This document shows, piece by piece, positions 1 to 9,721 of a stretch of 64,000 nt of DNA. The stretch covers positions 141,238,001 to 141,302,000 of the forward strand of contig CM059432.1 in the NCBI GenBank assembly GCA_030390025.1. The letters are read 5' to 3'. Positions within the stretch are counted from its first letter, which is position 1; each line of letters begins with the position of its first letter. Source of the DNA: Squalus acanthias. Lineage: Eukaryota. The position numbers and the translations under genes were made by a program. A model generated the notes under the pieces. The model was not told where the DNA came from and did not search any database. It saw only the letters and a program-made list of their open reading frames with translations.

Positions 1-854
1 ATTTATTCAGTGTAAACTGGACAAAAAGCCAGTTTTTTTAAAAACTAATTAATGATGCGGTCCATTCGTTATTAATGTTTACAAAGAATTCTCAGCATCA
101 GCGAAGCAAATATCAGAAGTCAAGCTACGACGACATTCATTTCCAACATCACAACAGAGACTACATTTCAAAAGTACTTCATTGGCTGTGAAGAGCTTTG
201 GGACGTCCTGAGGTTGTGAAAGGCGCGATAGAAATGCAAGCTCTTTCTTTGTTTCTTTTCGTTTCATGATTTGACCCAAGATGCGTTGTCGGAGGTAATC
301 GCTGTCGGAGGCTGTTTCCGTGTATCCTCCAACTGCTGTGCGATTGTCGAAAAGTGACCGTCGGCTGTTTTGAGTTTGGCTGTGAGCACGGACTGAACTC
401 TTAGTCCACCTGTACAGGTAGACAAGCGTTTCCATCGCTAGTCTCAGCCTCGTGCAGATCTTGCCTCAACATTGGGGAGAATCCAGACTAGATCGGCAAA
501 GCCACAAATGCTATTTTGAGGAGGTGCACATCTGGCAGTTATGCATTGTGGCTCATGTCTGCACCACAATATAAACAGGGCTGCGTTCGAAAGAAAAGAA
601 AGTGGATTAAATTATAGAATGACCTCCATTGGAAGTGATTCTGTAATATAAACGGGGTACGATACCTATGGCCGATGGAACATCCCATTGCCCAATTTGT
701 TTCATAATGTCACAATGTTATCATGTGTATTGGAGGTACTGTTCACATCTATCAACTGCAGGAATTCAGCCCCTATGGTCAGTGAATAATAGGCCCGTAA
801 GTTGCTACAACATGTTGCACTAGGTTAGCTTGATGGGTCGGATGGCTATGAAGG

Positions 855-1822
855 AAAAACTTGCATTTATATAATGCCTTTCACCACCTCAGGACGTCCC
901 AAAGCGCTTTATAGAATCATAGAAAGGTTACAGTACAGAAGGAGGCCATTCGGCCCGTCAAGCCTGTGCCAGCTCTCTGCAAGAGCACTTCAGCTAGTCC
1001 CACTTACAGCCAATGAAGTATTTTTTTGAAGTGCAGTCTCCGCTGTTATGTAGGAAACGAGGCAGCCAATGTGCACACAGCAAGATCCCACAAAACAGCA
1101 ATGAGATAAATGACCAGATATTCTGGATTTTGTTTTTAAGTGAGGTTGGTTGAGGGATAAATGTTGGCCAGCACAGCGGGGAGAACTCCCCTGCTATTCT
1201 TCAAAATGGTGCCATGGGATCTTTTACATCCACCTGAGAGGGTAGACAGCCTCAGATTAAGTGCTCAGTCTCTGGAGTGGGACCAGAACCCATGATCTTC
1301 AGACTCAGAGGAGAGAGCACTACCCACTGAGCCATGGGTGACACTTTGGCCCCGATATTTACGGGGAGGCAGGGAGGGTGCGGGGGGGGAGTCCGGAAAC
1401 GGACGACAAAACCCAGCAAGGCCCGGGACACAGAGGTCCTGGCGCACTTTTGAAGTGTAGTCACTGTTGTACTGTAGGGAAACGCAACAGCCAATTTGTG
1501 CACAGCAAGCTCCCACAAACAGCAATGAGATAAATGACCAGGTAATCTGTTTGAATTATATTGGTCGAGGGATAAATATTGGCCAGAACACCAGAAGAAC
1601 TCCCCTAGTGTCATGGGATCTTTTATATCCATCAGGGACGGCAGACAGGGCTTCGGTTTAATGTCTCGACCAAAAGACGGCACCTCCGACAGTGCAGCAC
1701 TCCCTCAGCGCTGCACGGATGTGTCAGCCTGGATCATGTGCTCAAGTCTCTGGAGTGGGACTTGAATCCATGACCTTTTGACTCAGAGGTGAGAGTGCAA
1801 CCCACTGAGCCAAAGCTGGCAA
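855..1822 (-). mobile_element. Two adjacent Deu-domain tRNA-head SINE copies (SacSINE1/AmnSINE1-like), interrupted by a CR1 3' fragment and a short GC-rich insert
   Basis: Reverse complement of the recurring unit: tRNA-like head (GGCTCAGTGGG...GGTTC A/B boxes), core AAAGATCCCATGGCAC, L2-like tail AGGCGCTATATAAATGCAAG. Confidence 0.75.
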
Positions 1823-2721
1823 CTTATGACATATAATAGATTAGAGGGGCAACAACAGGGCCGACCAAGAGTAATTGGACTGGAACAGATGTTTACATAA
1901 TTGCGTCTTGTAGTTGCAGAGAGCTGTTAAAGGCCTGAGGGCACCGACAAACAAGCTATTACCTCTTTATTGCCCCAGTGCACTTCAATAAAGCAGAGTC
2001 ATTTATTCCCCAGTCACTATTTCCATTGGAATAGGGAATAAATGTTCTCATCTGTGCAAATCTGATACACTGCACCTTAATTAAAATAAATTCTTTTTTC
2101 CTCAGTCACTTAAAAAAAAGGAACTAAGCTTTGGAAAACATCAAATAGACCAGCTGGAAAACCTCTCTCTTAAAATGTTTGTATAGTTGTAAACTAGGAA
2201 GAATTTGATCAAGGAATGGCTCCCAGATCACCAAATGATTTCAAAGTACTGGGTTGGTGGGGGGGGGGGGGGGGAGGGGGGGTAAACTTGCATTAATGGC
2301 AATTTACACATTTACAAGATCGCGAGAAAGGCACAGTTTTCTGCCAATACCCATCACCAAAAGGGTGTTTCACTTAGTTATGCTTGGCTTCGAAGTCTGT
2401 CTAGGCTTTAATTGCAATTGAGCCCACAGCTAAAGATTGGTGTTATCTAATTTTGCATCTGCCTTAAGATATTCTCACAGTAACTCCCAATCCAGAGTTA
2501 ACTCACACAGCTCAATCTCTACCATTAGGATAGCTGGGATGCGCCAATGCATCCTGCTCATCGTACAAGATAAATACCGCAAACTCGCACCTGCCCCGCC
2601 CCCACAACATGCCCTTCTCCAATCTGTTGGGTGTGGAACTGGTAAACATGCTGATAAGATGACAATGCAAGAAGCTGGCTTGTTACTGAACAGAAGTAGT
2701 AATACTGGACTGTTTTAAACT

Positions 2722-3370
2722 TCAGCCGTGGCTCAGTTGGCAGCACTCTCGCCTCTGAGTCAGAAGGTTGTGGGTTCAAGTCCACACTCCAGAGACTTGA
2801 GCACAAAAGCTAGGCTGACACTCCCAGTGCAGCGCTGAGGGAGTGCTGCACTGTCGGAGGTGCCGTCTTTTGGATGAGACGTCTGCTCTCTCAGGTGGAC
2901 GTAAAAGATTCCATGACACTGTTCAAAGAGGAGCAGGGGAGATATCCCCGGTGTCCTGTCCAAAATTTATCCCTCAATCAACAACGCTAAAAAAACAGAT
3001 TAACTGCTCATTATCACACTGCTGTTTGTGGGAGCTTGCTGTGCGCAAATTGGATGCTGCGTTTCCTACATTACATAAGAACATAAGAAAAATAGGAGCA
3101 GGAGTAGACCAATCGGCCCCTCGAGCCTGCTCCGCCATTCAATGAGATCATGGCTGATCTGATCCAACCTCAACTCTAAAGAACACAAGAAGCAGGAGAA
3201 GGACCAGGCCACTCAGCCCCTGGGCCCGCTCCGCCACCCACAGGGCCTTGACCGATCCGAACTCAAACTCATGTCCAATTTCCAGCCCGCTCCCCGTGAC
3301 TACACTTCAAAAGTACTGCATTGGCTGTAAAGCGCTTTGGGACATCCTGAGGTCGTGACAAGTTCTTTCT
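2722..3370 (+). mobile_element. Deu-domain SINE interrupted by a minus-strand CR1 3'-UTR doublet (about 3072-3296)
   Basis: Head cagccgtggctcagttggcagc, B box ggttcaagt, body resumes at gtgactacacttcaaaag. Confidence 0.8.
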
Positions 3371-3949
3371 GCACAAAGCTTCCCATAACAAACAGCACAA
3401 AACAACAAAATCTTTCTACACCATCGCGAATGGTGGACAGAACATTCATTTGTTGTTTTATTGGTTTCTGAGTCAGCTTACAGCTGGAAAAACAACCTGG
3501 ACATCTCTTAATTCCCAGCTCAAGCCAAGAGCTTCCTTCTTGCAACCTTTGTTCGACCTGACTGACCCCAAACGTGGTTTTTTTCTATCCTTCTTGTTAA
3601 TTCTGGCCCACGGAAGTACAATCTCACCAGATTAGCCTGACAACAACCGCTCCTCCGAGCTCAAACTAATTGTCATCTAATCCAGAATAGGTGCCAACAG
3701 TCACCAAAATGTCCAAACTAACTTCTGTCTGAAGCACAAGCGTGCAAAGACGCCGTTTGAATCTAAAGTCAAAACTCTGAGCCCTTCTGTCTTGTGAATT
3801 TAACCCCTCAAGGACTAAATTTAATTCAGTATTTTTAACATATATTACACCAACCCACCCGCCCCCCCCCCCCCCACCCCCCGCCCCATGGGAGCATTCT
3901 GATAAATCTCAAAACGTGACAGTTGGTTGGCGTAACTTTCTTTCCTCCG

Positions 3950-4256
3950 AGATCTCGGCGCTCCTCTAATTCTGGCCTCTTGCGCATCCCCGATTTTAAT
4001 CGCTCCACCATTGGCGGCCGTGCCTTCAGCTGCCTAGAGCCCAAGCTCTGGAATTCCCTCCCTAAACCTCTCCGCCTCTCTCTCCTCCTTTGAGACGCTC
4101 CTTAAAACCTACGTCTGTGACCAAGCTTTTGGTCGCCTGTCCCAATATCTCCTTATGTGGCTCGGTGTCAAATTGTGTCTGATAATCGCTCCTGTGAAGC
4201 GCCTTGGGATGTTTTATTACATTAAAGGCGCTGTATAAATACAAGTTGATGTTGTA
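3950..4256 (+). mobile_element. L2-clade LINE 3' fragment
   Basis: Encodes LRSSNSGLLRIPDFNRSTIGGRAFS-type C-terminus; tail aggcgctgtataaatacaag(ttg)n. Confidence 0.75.
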
Positions 4257-4334
4257 TACGTGCTATGTAAAGTTATGATAATATGACCTATGGTTTTAAG
4301 CTGGCAGTGAGGCTGAAAGATATGGGTCACTCAC

Positions 4335-4493
4335 TGGTGCAGAATTATCCCGTGGGCCCCTAGACCGCACCATTCGGCCCAACACTTCGATCCCATTGGT
4401 GGTAATGTTCCCCGCCGCATTGATCGCCTTCTCCCCGACTTGCTTGCAGTCAACAATCAGCTTTGCGTGGGTTTTGGTGATGACCACATGCAC
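4335..4493 (-). CDS. COL14A1: COL14A1 exon (last found in window), [57 protein letters not shown]
   Basis: 159 nt, acag|GTG...CCA|gtgagt, phase 0-0; the next expected exon was not found in 1-4334. Confidence 0.95.
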
Positions 4494-5421
4494 CTGTTGG
4501 CAAAGAACATGGAGTAACATTACATAGAGTTACACAGAATATGCAGCAAAGAAAACAGGCCATTCGGCCCGACTGGTCCATGCTCCACACGAGCCTCCTC
4601 CCACCCCTCTTCATCTCACCCTGTCAACATATCCTTCTATTCCTTTCTCCCTCATGTGTTTATTCAGCTTCCCCTTAAAGGGATCGATGCTATTTGCCTC
4701 AACCACTCCTGTGGTAGCGAGTTCCACATTCTCACCACTCTCTGGAAAAGAAGTTTCTCCTGAATTCCCTATTGGATTTATTAGTGACTGTCTTATATTT
4801 ATGGCTCCTAGTTTTGGACTTTCCCCCCACAAGTGGAAACATCTTCTCTCCATCTATCCTGCACAAGCGCGATGGGCCAAATGGCCTCTATCTGTGTCGT
4901 ATGATTCTATATGCACCATTTGTGAACTGCTTGGGTCAATTATTGGGGCTTGTAAATTCCAGGCTCCAGGTCAATAGCTTTTTTTTTAAAAAAAAGATTG
5001 TTTTGCCTTGTGACAGACCCATGCCAGACACAATATTCATTTTTCGTATACTAACTGATGTCTCATGATGTTGCTTACAGAGGTAGGAGGTTTTATAACA
5101 ACAGGGGAGGTTATGATAAGCAGTATTATCAGGAATATTGACATGCACACTTCTTATTTCCTATGCGAAAGTAACAAAATGTTCCAAGGCCATAGAGTTC
5201 CTCAGAATTATGTAGAATTACATGGAATGTACAACACATTTCACATTGGATTAGTTTGGTTGTCCAAGGTAGCGGGCAATTGATCTCACCAAAATTATTT
5301 ATTACATCTCACTATACCTCAAGCCAAATAAAATTAATCCTTAGCCTGTGAAATAAAGCAGAACACCATAAGTTAGCAAAATAAACTGGGATAATACCCT
5401 TGACAGGGTAGATGCTGAGAG

Positions 5422-6360
5422 AACAACAGAAAACGCTGGAAAAACTCAGCAGGCCAGGCAACATCCGTGGAGAGAGAAACAGAGTTAACGTTTCAGGTCG
5501 AAACCCTTCGTCGGAACTGAGAGACAGAGCAGGAAATTAAACAGATAAAAATGCAAGGGGGAGGCTGGGGGGAGGAATAAAAGAACAAAAGGGATGGTCT
5601 ATGGTAAGTAGAGACATTAAGAGATGCTCAAGGCAAGACGAGATGGTAATGGGACAGGTTAAGAAACAAAAGGTGAGGTGTGAAATGCTGGCAGAATGAG
5701 AGACAGCTGCCGTGGGGGGAGAGAGAGAAAAAAAAGGAAGAAAAAAAAAGGAAAAAGGCACGAACTAAAAGGGTGGATAAAATGTATATACATATGTGGT
5801 GGGGGCCGGGGTTATGATCTGAAATTGTTGAACTCGATATTGAGTCCGGAAGGCTGTAAAGTGCCTAAACGAAAGATGAGGTGCTGTTCCTCGAGCTTTA
5901 ATATTGAGTTCAACAATTTCAGATCATAACCCCGGCCCCTACCACATATGTATACACATTTTATCCACCCTTTTGGTCCGTGCCTTTTTCCTTTTTTTTT
6001 CTTCCTTTTTTTTCTCTCTCTCCCCCCACGGCAGCTGTCTCTCATTCTGCCAGCATTTCACACCTCACCTTTTGTTTCTTAACCTGTCCCATTACCATCT
6101 CGTCTTGCCTTGAGCATCTCTTAATGTCTCTACTTACCATAGACCACCCCTTTTGTTCTTTTATTCCTCCCCCCAGCCTTCCCCTTGCATTTTTATCTGT
6201 TTAATTTCCTGCTCTTCTCTCAGTTCCGACGAAGGGTTTCGACCTGAAACGTTAACTCTGTTTCTCTCTCCACGGATGTTGCCTGGCCTGCTGAGTTTTT
6301 CCAGCGTTTTCTGTTGTTATTTCGGATTTCCAGCATCTGCAGTATTTTGCTATCATATTA
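5422..6360. mobile_element. Penelope-like element fold-back (inverted duplication of GIY-YIG end plus 3' repeat) inserted in a CR1 fragment
   Basis: 5422-5841 is the reverse complement of about 5900-6318; LEEQHLIFRLGTLQPSGLNIEFNNFR matches the GIY-YIG ORF end at 54.9 kb; TSD gtagatgctgagag at 5408-5421 and 6361-6374. Confidence 0.88.
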
Positions 6361-6705
6361 GTAGATGCTGAGAGGTTGTTTCCTCTGGTTGGAGTGTCTA
6401 GAATTAGGGGGCATAGTCTCAGGATAAGGGGTCGACCAGTTAGGACTGAGATGAGGAGAAATTTCTTCACTCAGATGTTTGAAGATTTGGAATTCTCTAC
6501 CCCAAACGGCTGTGGATGCTCAGTCGATGAGTATATTCAAGACTGAGATCGATAGATTTTTGAGCACTAAGGGAAACAAGGGATATGGGGATAGGGCGGG
6601 AAAGTGGAGTTGAGGTCGAAGATCAGCCATGATCTTATTGAATGGCAGAGCAGGCTCGAGGGGCTGTATGGCCGACTCCTGCTCCTATTTCTTACGTTCT
6701 TATGT
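6361..6705 (+). mobile_element. CR1 LINE 3' end (its 5' part lies at about 5398-5421)
   Basis: DAERLFPLVGVSRIRGHSLRIRG-like peptide; hairpin 3' UTR and ttcttatgt tail. Confidence 0.8.
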
Positions 6706-6855
6706 AATGTTTGACTAGGGGAAGTTCCCTAAGTTTACTTGTTGGAACACAAATGATGCAACAATAGTAGTCTATTATCTAGTAATGAAACTCAGTCACA
6801 GAATCCAAAAGAGGCAATTGAAGCAGATTTTTTTGATTAATTTAAATGAACTGAC

Positions 6856-6965
6856 CTTGTGAAAACTTCCATAGAAAATCTTCTTGACCCCTGGATCCTC
6901 AAAAGTGACAGTTTGAAAATCATCCTTGTAATCATAGTTAAAATAAGTAAGGGTTTTCCCACCAT
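6856..6965 (-). CDS. COL14A1: COL14A1 exon, TSPN: (N)[36 protein letters not shown]
   Basis: 110 nt, tttag|AT...AAG|gtcagt, phase 1-0. Confidence 0.95.
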
Positions 6966-7014
6966 CTAAACGTAGCAAATAAAAACAAGATAAAAATTAA
7001 TATAGACTTAAATA

Positions 7015-7616
7015 GACTGGCATTTATACGGTGCCTTTCACGACATCAGGATGTCTCAAAGCGCTCTGCAGCCGATGAAGTACTTTTTGGAGTGTAGTCA
7101 CTGTCGTAATGTAGGAAACGCAGGCAGCCAATTTGTGCACAGCAAGCTCCCACAAAACAGCAATGTGATAATGACCAGATAATCTGTTTTAGCGATGTTA
7201 GTTGAGGCTGGGACACCAAGGATAATTCCCCTGCTCTTCTTCGAAATAACGCCATAGGATCTTTTACGCCCACCTGAGCGAACAGACGGGGACTCAGTTT
7301 AACGTCTCATCCGAAAGACGGCACCGCTGACAGTGCAGCACTCCCTCAGCACTGCGCTGGAGTGTCAGCTTAGACTTTTGTGCTCAAGTCTCTGGAGTGG
7401 GACTTGAACCTACAACCTTCTGACTCAGAGGCGAGGGTGCTACCAACCAATGTTCCTTCTAGTTTCGGTTTGGCTCGCGCGGCCCCTTTAATGGGCATGG
7501 GCGGGCCATTCAAAATTCCGCGCATGTGGAGTCTTTCTATTTAAAAGCTGGTTCACTGATTGCGTGGCCGCTCAGCTTAAAGGGATCGTTACTGCCAACT
7601 GAGCCACAGTTGACAC
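7015..7616 (-). mobile_element. Deu-domain SINE, full length, with a MITE nested in its head
   Basis: Same unit as the other SINE copies. Confidence 0.8.
7448..7591. mobile_element. Short hAT-type MITE (related copies at 42673-42836 and 60525-60684)
   Basis: TIR caatgttcc.../...gggatcgtta; 8-bp TSD ctaccaac/ctgccaac. Confidence 0.7.
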
Positions 7617-8348
7617 CTACATTGAGAAGCCACTTCGATAATTTTTCAGCCTGTGACAATTAACAGAAAACACACTCAGTCAAACAGGGTCGAAGACATA
7701 TGTGACGTAAGAAAACTACTCGGCACTTGGTCTAAGCGTTAAACAAAGCTTTAATCAACTGTTTTTCAACATGGAGGTCTAGTTGTGTCCTTCACTAGTT
7801 CCTGTTGAAGAATGTCCTGAGCAAGCTGGGCCCATGCCCGAGTATATATACTCTCCCTGGACAGCGCCACCAGCAGGCCGCCCAGTATTATTTCATAAGT
7901 CATTTCCACATGAATGACAAGATTCATGTCAATATGTCATTATAATTTACTGAGCATTTGCCTAATGTGGCAACTGTGAACATTTTAAACTGTTTAAGCA
8001 GGGTGATGTGGCAATTAGGAAGGCCAACGGGGTTTTATCTTGTTTTGCTGGTGCAGTACAAGGCGTCAGTCGTGGCTCAGTGGGTAGCACTCTCGCCTCT
8101 GAGTCAGAAGATTGTGGGTTCAAATTCCACTCCAGAGACTTGAGCCTATAATCCAGGCTGACACTCCCAGTGCAGTACCGAGGAGCGCTGCACTGTCAGA
8201 GGGGCCGGTTTTCGAATGAAGCGTTATACCGAGGACACGTCTGCCCTCTCAGATGGACGTAAAACATCCCATGGCACTATTTCAAAGAAGAGCAGGGAAG
8301 TTATCCCTGGTGTCCTGGCCAATCAAACAACAGCACTAAAACAGATTA

Positions 8349-8784
8349 CAGGAAACTCTTGTTTAACCGGCACCTAAATATCCGGAATTCTCTCTTAACC
8401 GGCAAAAATCATACTCCGAAAACTCCTCTCAAATAACCGGCAATGTTGCTGAGTCCGAGTCCGAGTCTCCCGCGAACGCCGAGTACTCCGAAAACTCCTC
8501 TCAAATAACCGGCAATGTTGCCGAGTCCGAGTCCGAGTCTCCCGCGAATGGCGAGTACTCCGAAAACTCCTCTCAAATAACCGGCAATGTTGCCGAGTCC
8601 GAGTCCGAGTCTCCCGCGAACGCCGAGTTAGTCAGTGGGGGTAGTTCTCCAAAGTGCCACTACTCGGCCTCCTGGCGCTGTCGTTAAAAATAGCCTCGGT
8701 AGATATAACTCTCCGTTATCCGGAACTTTTGATCAACCGGCACCACGCCGGTCCCGTCGGTGCCGGATACCAAAGAGTTTCCTG
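8349..8784. mobile_element. Tc1/mariner (pogo/Tigger-like) MITE
   Basis: TIR caggaaactctt / aagagtttcctg; TA duplicated at 8347-8348 and 8785-8786. Confidence 0.85.
8412..8627 (+). repeat. Tandem repeat, 3 x 72 bp, inside the MITE
   Basis: Unit tactccgaaaactcctctcaaataaccggc... starts at 8412, 8484 and 8556. Confidence 0.95.
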
Positions 8785-9078
8785 TATCTGGTCGTTATCA
8801 CAGTGCTGTTTGTGGGGGCTTGCTGTGTGCAAATTGGCTGCTGCGTTTCCTACATTACAACAGTGACTACACTTCATAAAAGTACTTCAATGGCTGTAAA
8901 GTGCTTTGGGACGTCCTGAAAGGTGCGATAGAATTCAAGTTCTTTCTTTACACAACATGAATTTAGCTTGATCTCTAGTTCACCCTCCGAAAACATCTCC
9001 GAGGTTGAAGGTTTTAAAGCAACTTAAATCTGACATGGTTCCGTGCAACACGGAAGCGAACTGAGGTAAAAATCTTAC

Positions 9079-9221
9079 TGTCCAAGATAACTCCAACCAG
9101 GGGTTCATTCTGCTTGTTTAGAATCTCCCAGAGGGCGAAGGGTTCCTGCGGAGTGTCGGGCAACAGGCGGAACAGGAAGGTGACGGTGTAGTCGGAAGGC
9201 AGTCCCTCAGGGTGGACGTTC
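9079..9221 (-). CDS. COL14A1: COL14A1 exon, TSPN: (R)[47 protein letters not shown]
   Basis: 143 nt, tcag|G...A|gtaaga, phase 2-1; not in the ORF track. Confidence 0.95.
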
Positions 9222-9721
9222 CTGACAAAAGATACAGTTAATAAACATGCGTTAGTTTAACATCATCCCCCGGAGACGTTGCTTCACCAGGTCCCACCGC
9301 CGGTCCTGTCCTGGCCCACCCAGGTAACAGCAGCCTTTCCACCCCTTCAGAAGTTTAGGCCCCAACATCATCATACAACCCTTGATTCTGATAAATGATA
9401 TTTTAGCACAAGTTTAAAAGACAGGAGATACCTGCACTCATTTGAGATGTCAGTTTTATAATTTGCTGTAATCCATATACAACTAATTACATAGAATTTA
9501 CAGCACAGAAACAATAACGGAGTCAAGGGTTATGGGAAGCAGGCAGGGAAGTGGAGTTGAGGCCAAGTTCAGATCAGCCATGATCTTATTGAATGGCGGA
9601 GCAGGCTCGAGGGGCCAAATAACCTACTCCTGCTCCTACGTCTTATGTTCTTATGTTCTTATGTAAGAAGTCACAGAGGAAATATGAAGATCTCAGGGGA
9701 CTTAGTGAACTTATGGTGGAT

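Larger units (their letters stand above)
8084..8945 (+). mobile_element. Deu-domain SINE interrupted by a Tc1/pogo-type MITE
   Basis: SINE body acagatta|tctggtc split by the insert. Confidence 0.8.

Noticed and set aside
79..435. 118-aa minus-strand ORF as the next COL14A1 exon
   Set aside because: No resemblance to the expected TSPN end or Gly-X-Y sequence, and it runs into a SINE fragment.
3178..3296. ADAR hyper-editing of a retrotransposed CR1 tail
   Set aside because: Many T-to-C differences are present, but so are A-to-G changes and transversions; an older or different 3'-UTR variant explains it more simply.
5537..6204. Duplicated small genes (identical 74-aa ORFs on opposite strands)
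   Set aside because: A by-product of the inverted PLE 3' UTR.
8084..8160. tRNA gene (also the similar heads at 2722, 33700-33775, 44962 and others)
   Set aside because: tRNA-derived SINE heads that continue directly into the SINE body.
8412..8627. CRISPR-like array
   Set aside because: Head-to-tail near-identical units with no unique spacers, inside a eukaryotic MITE.
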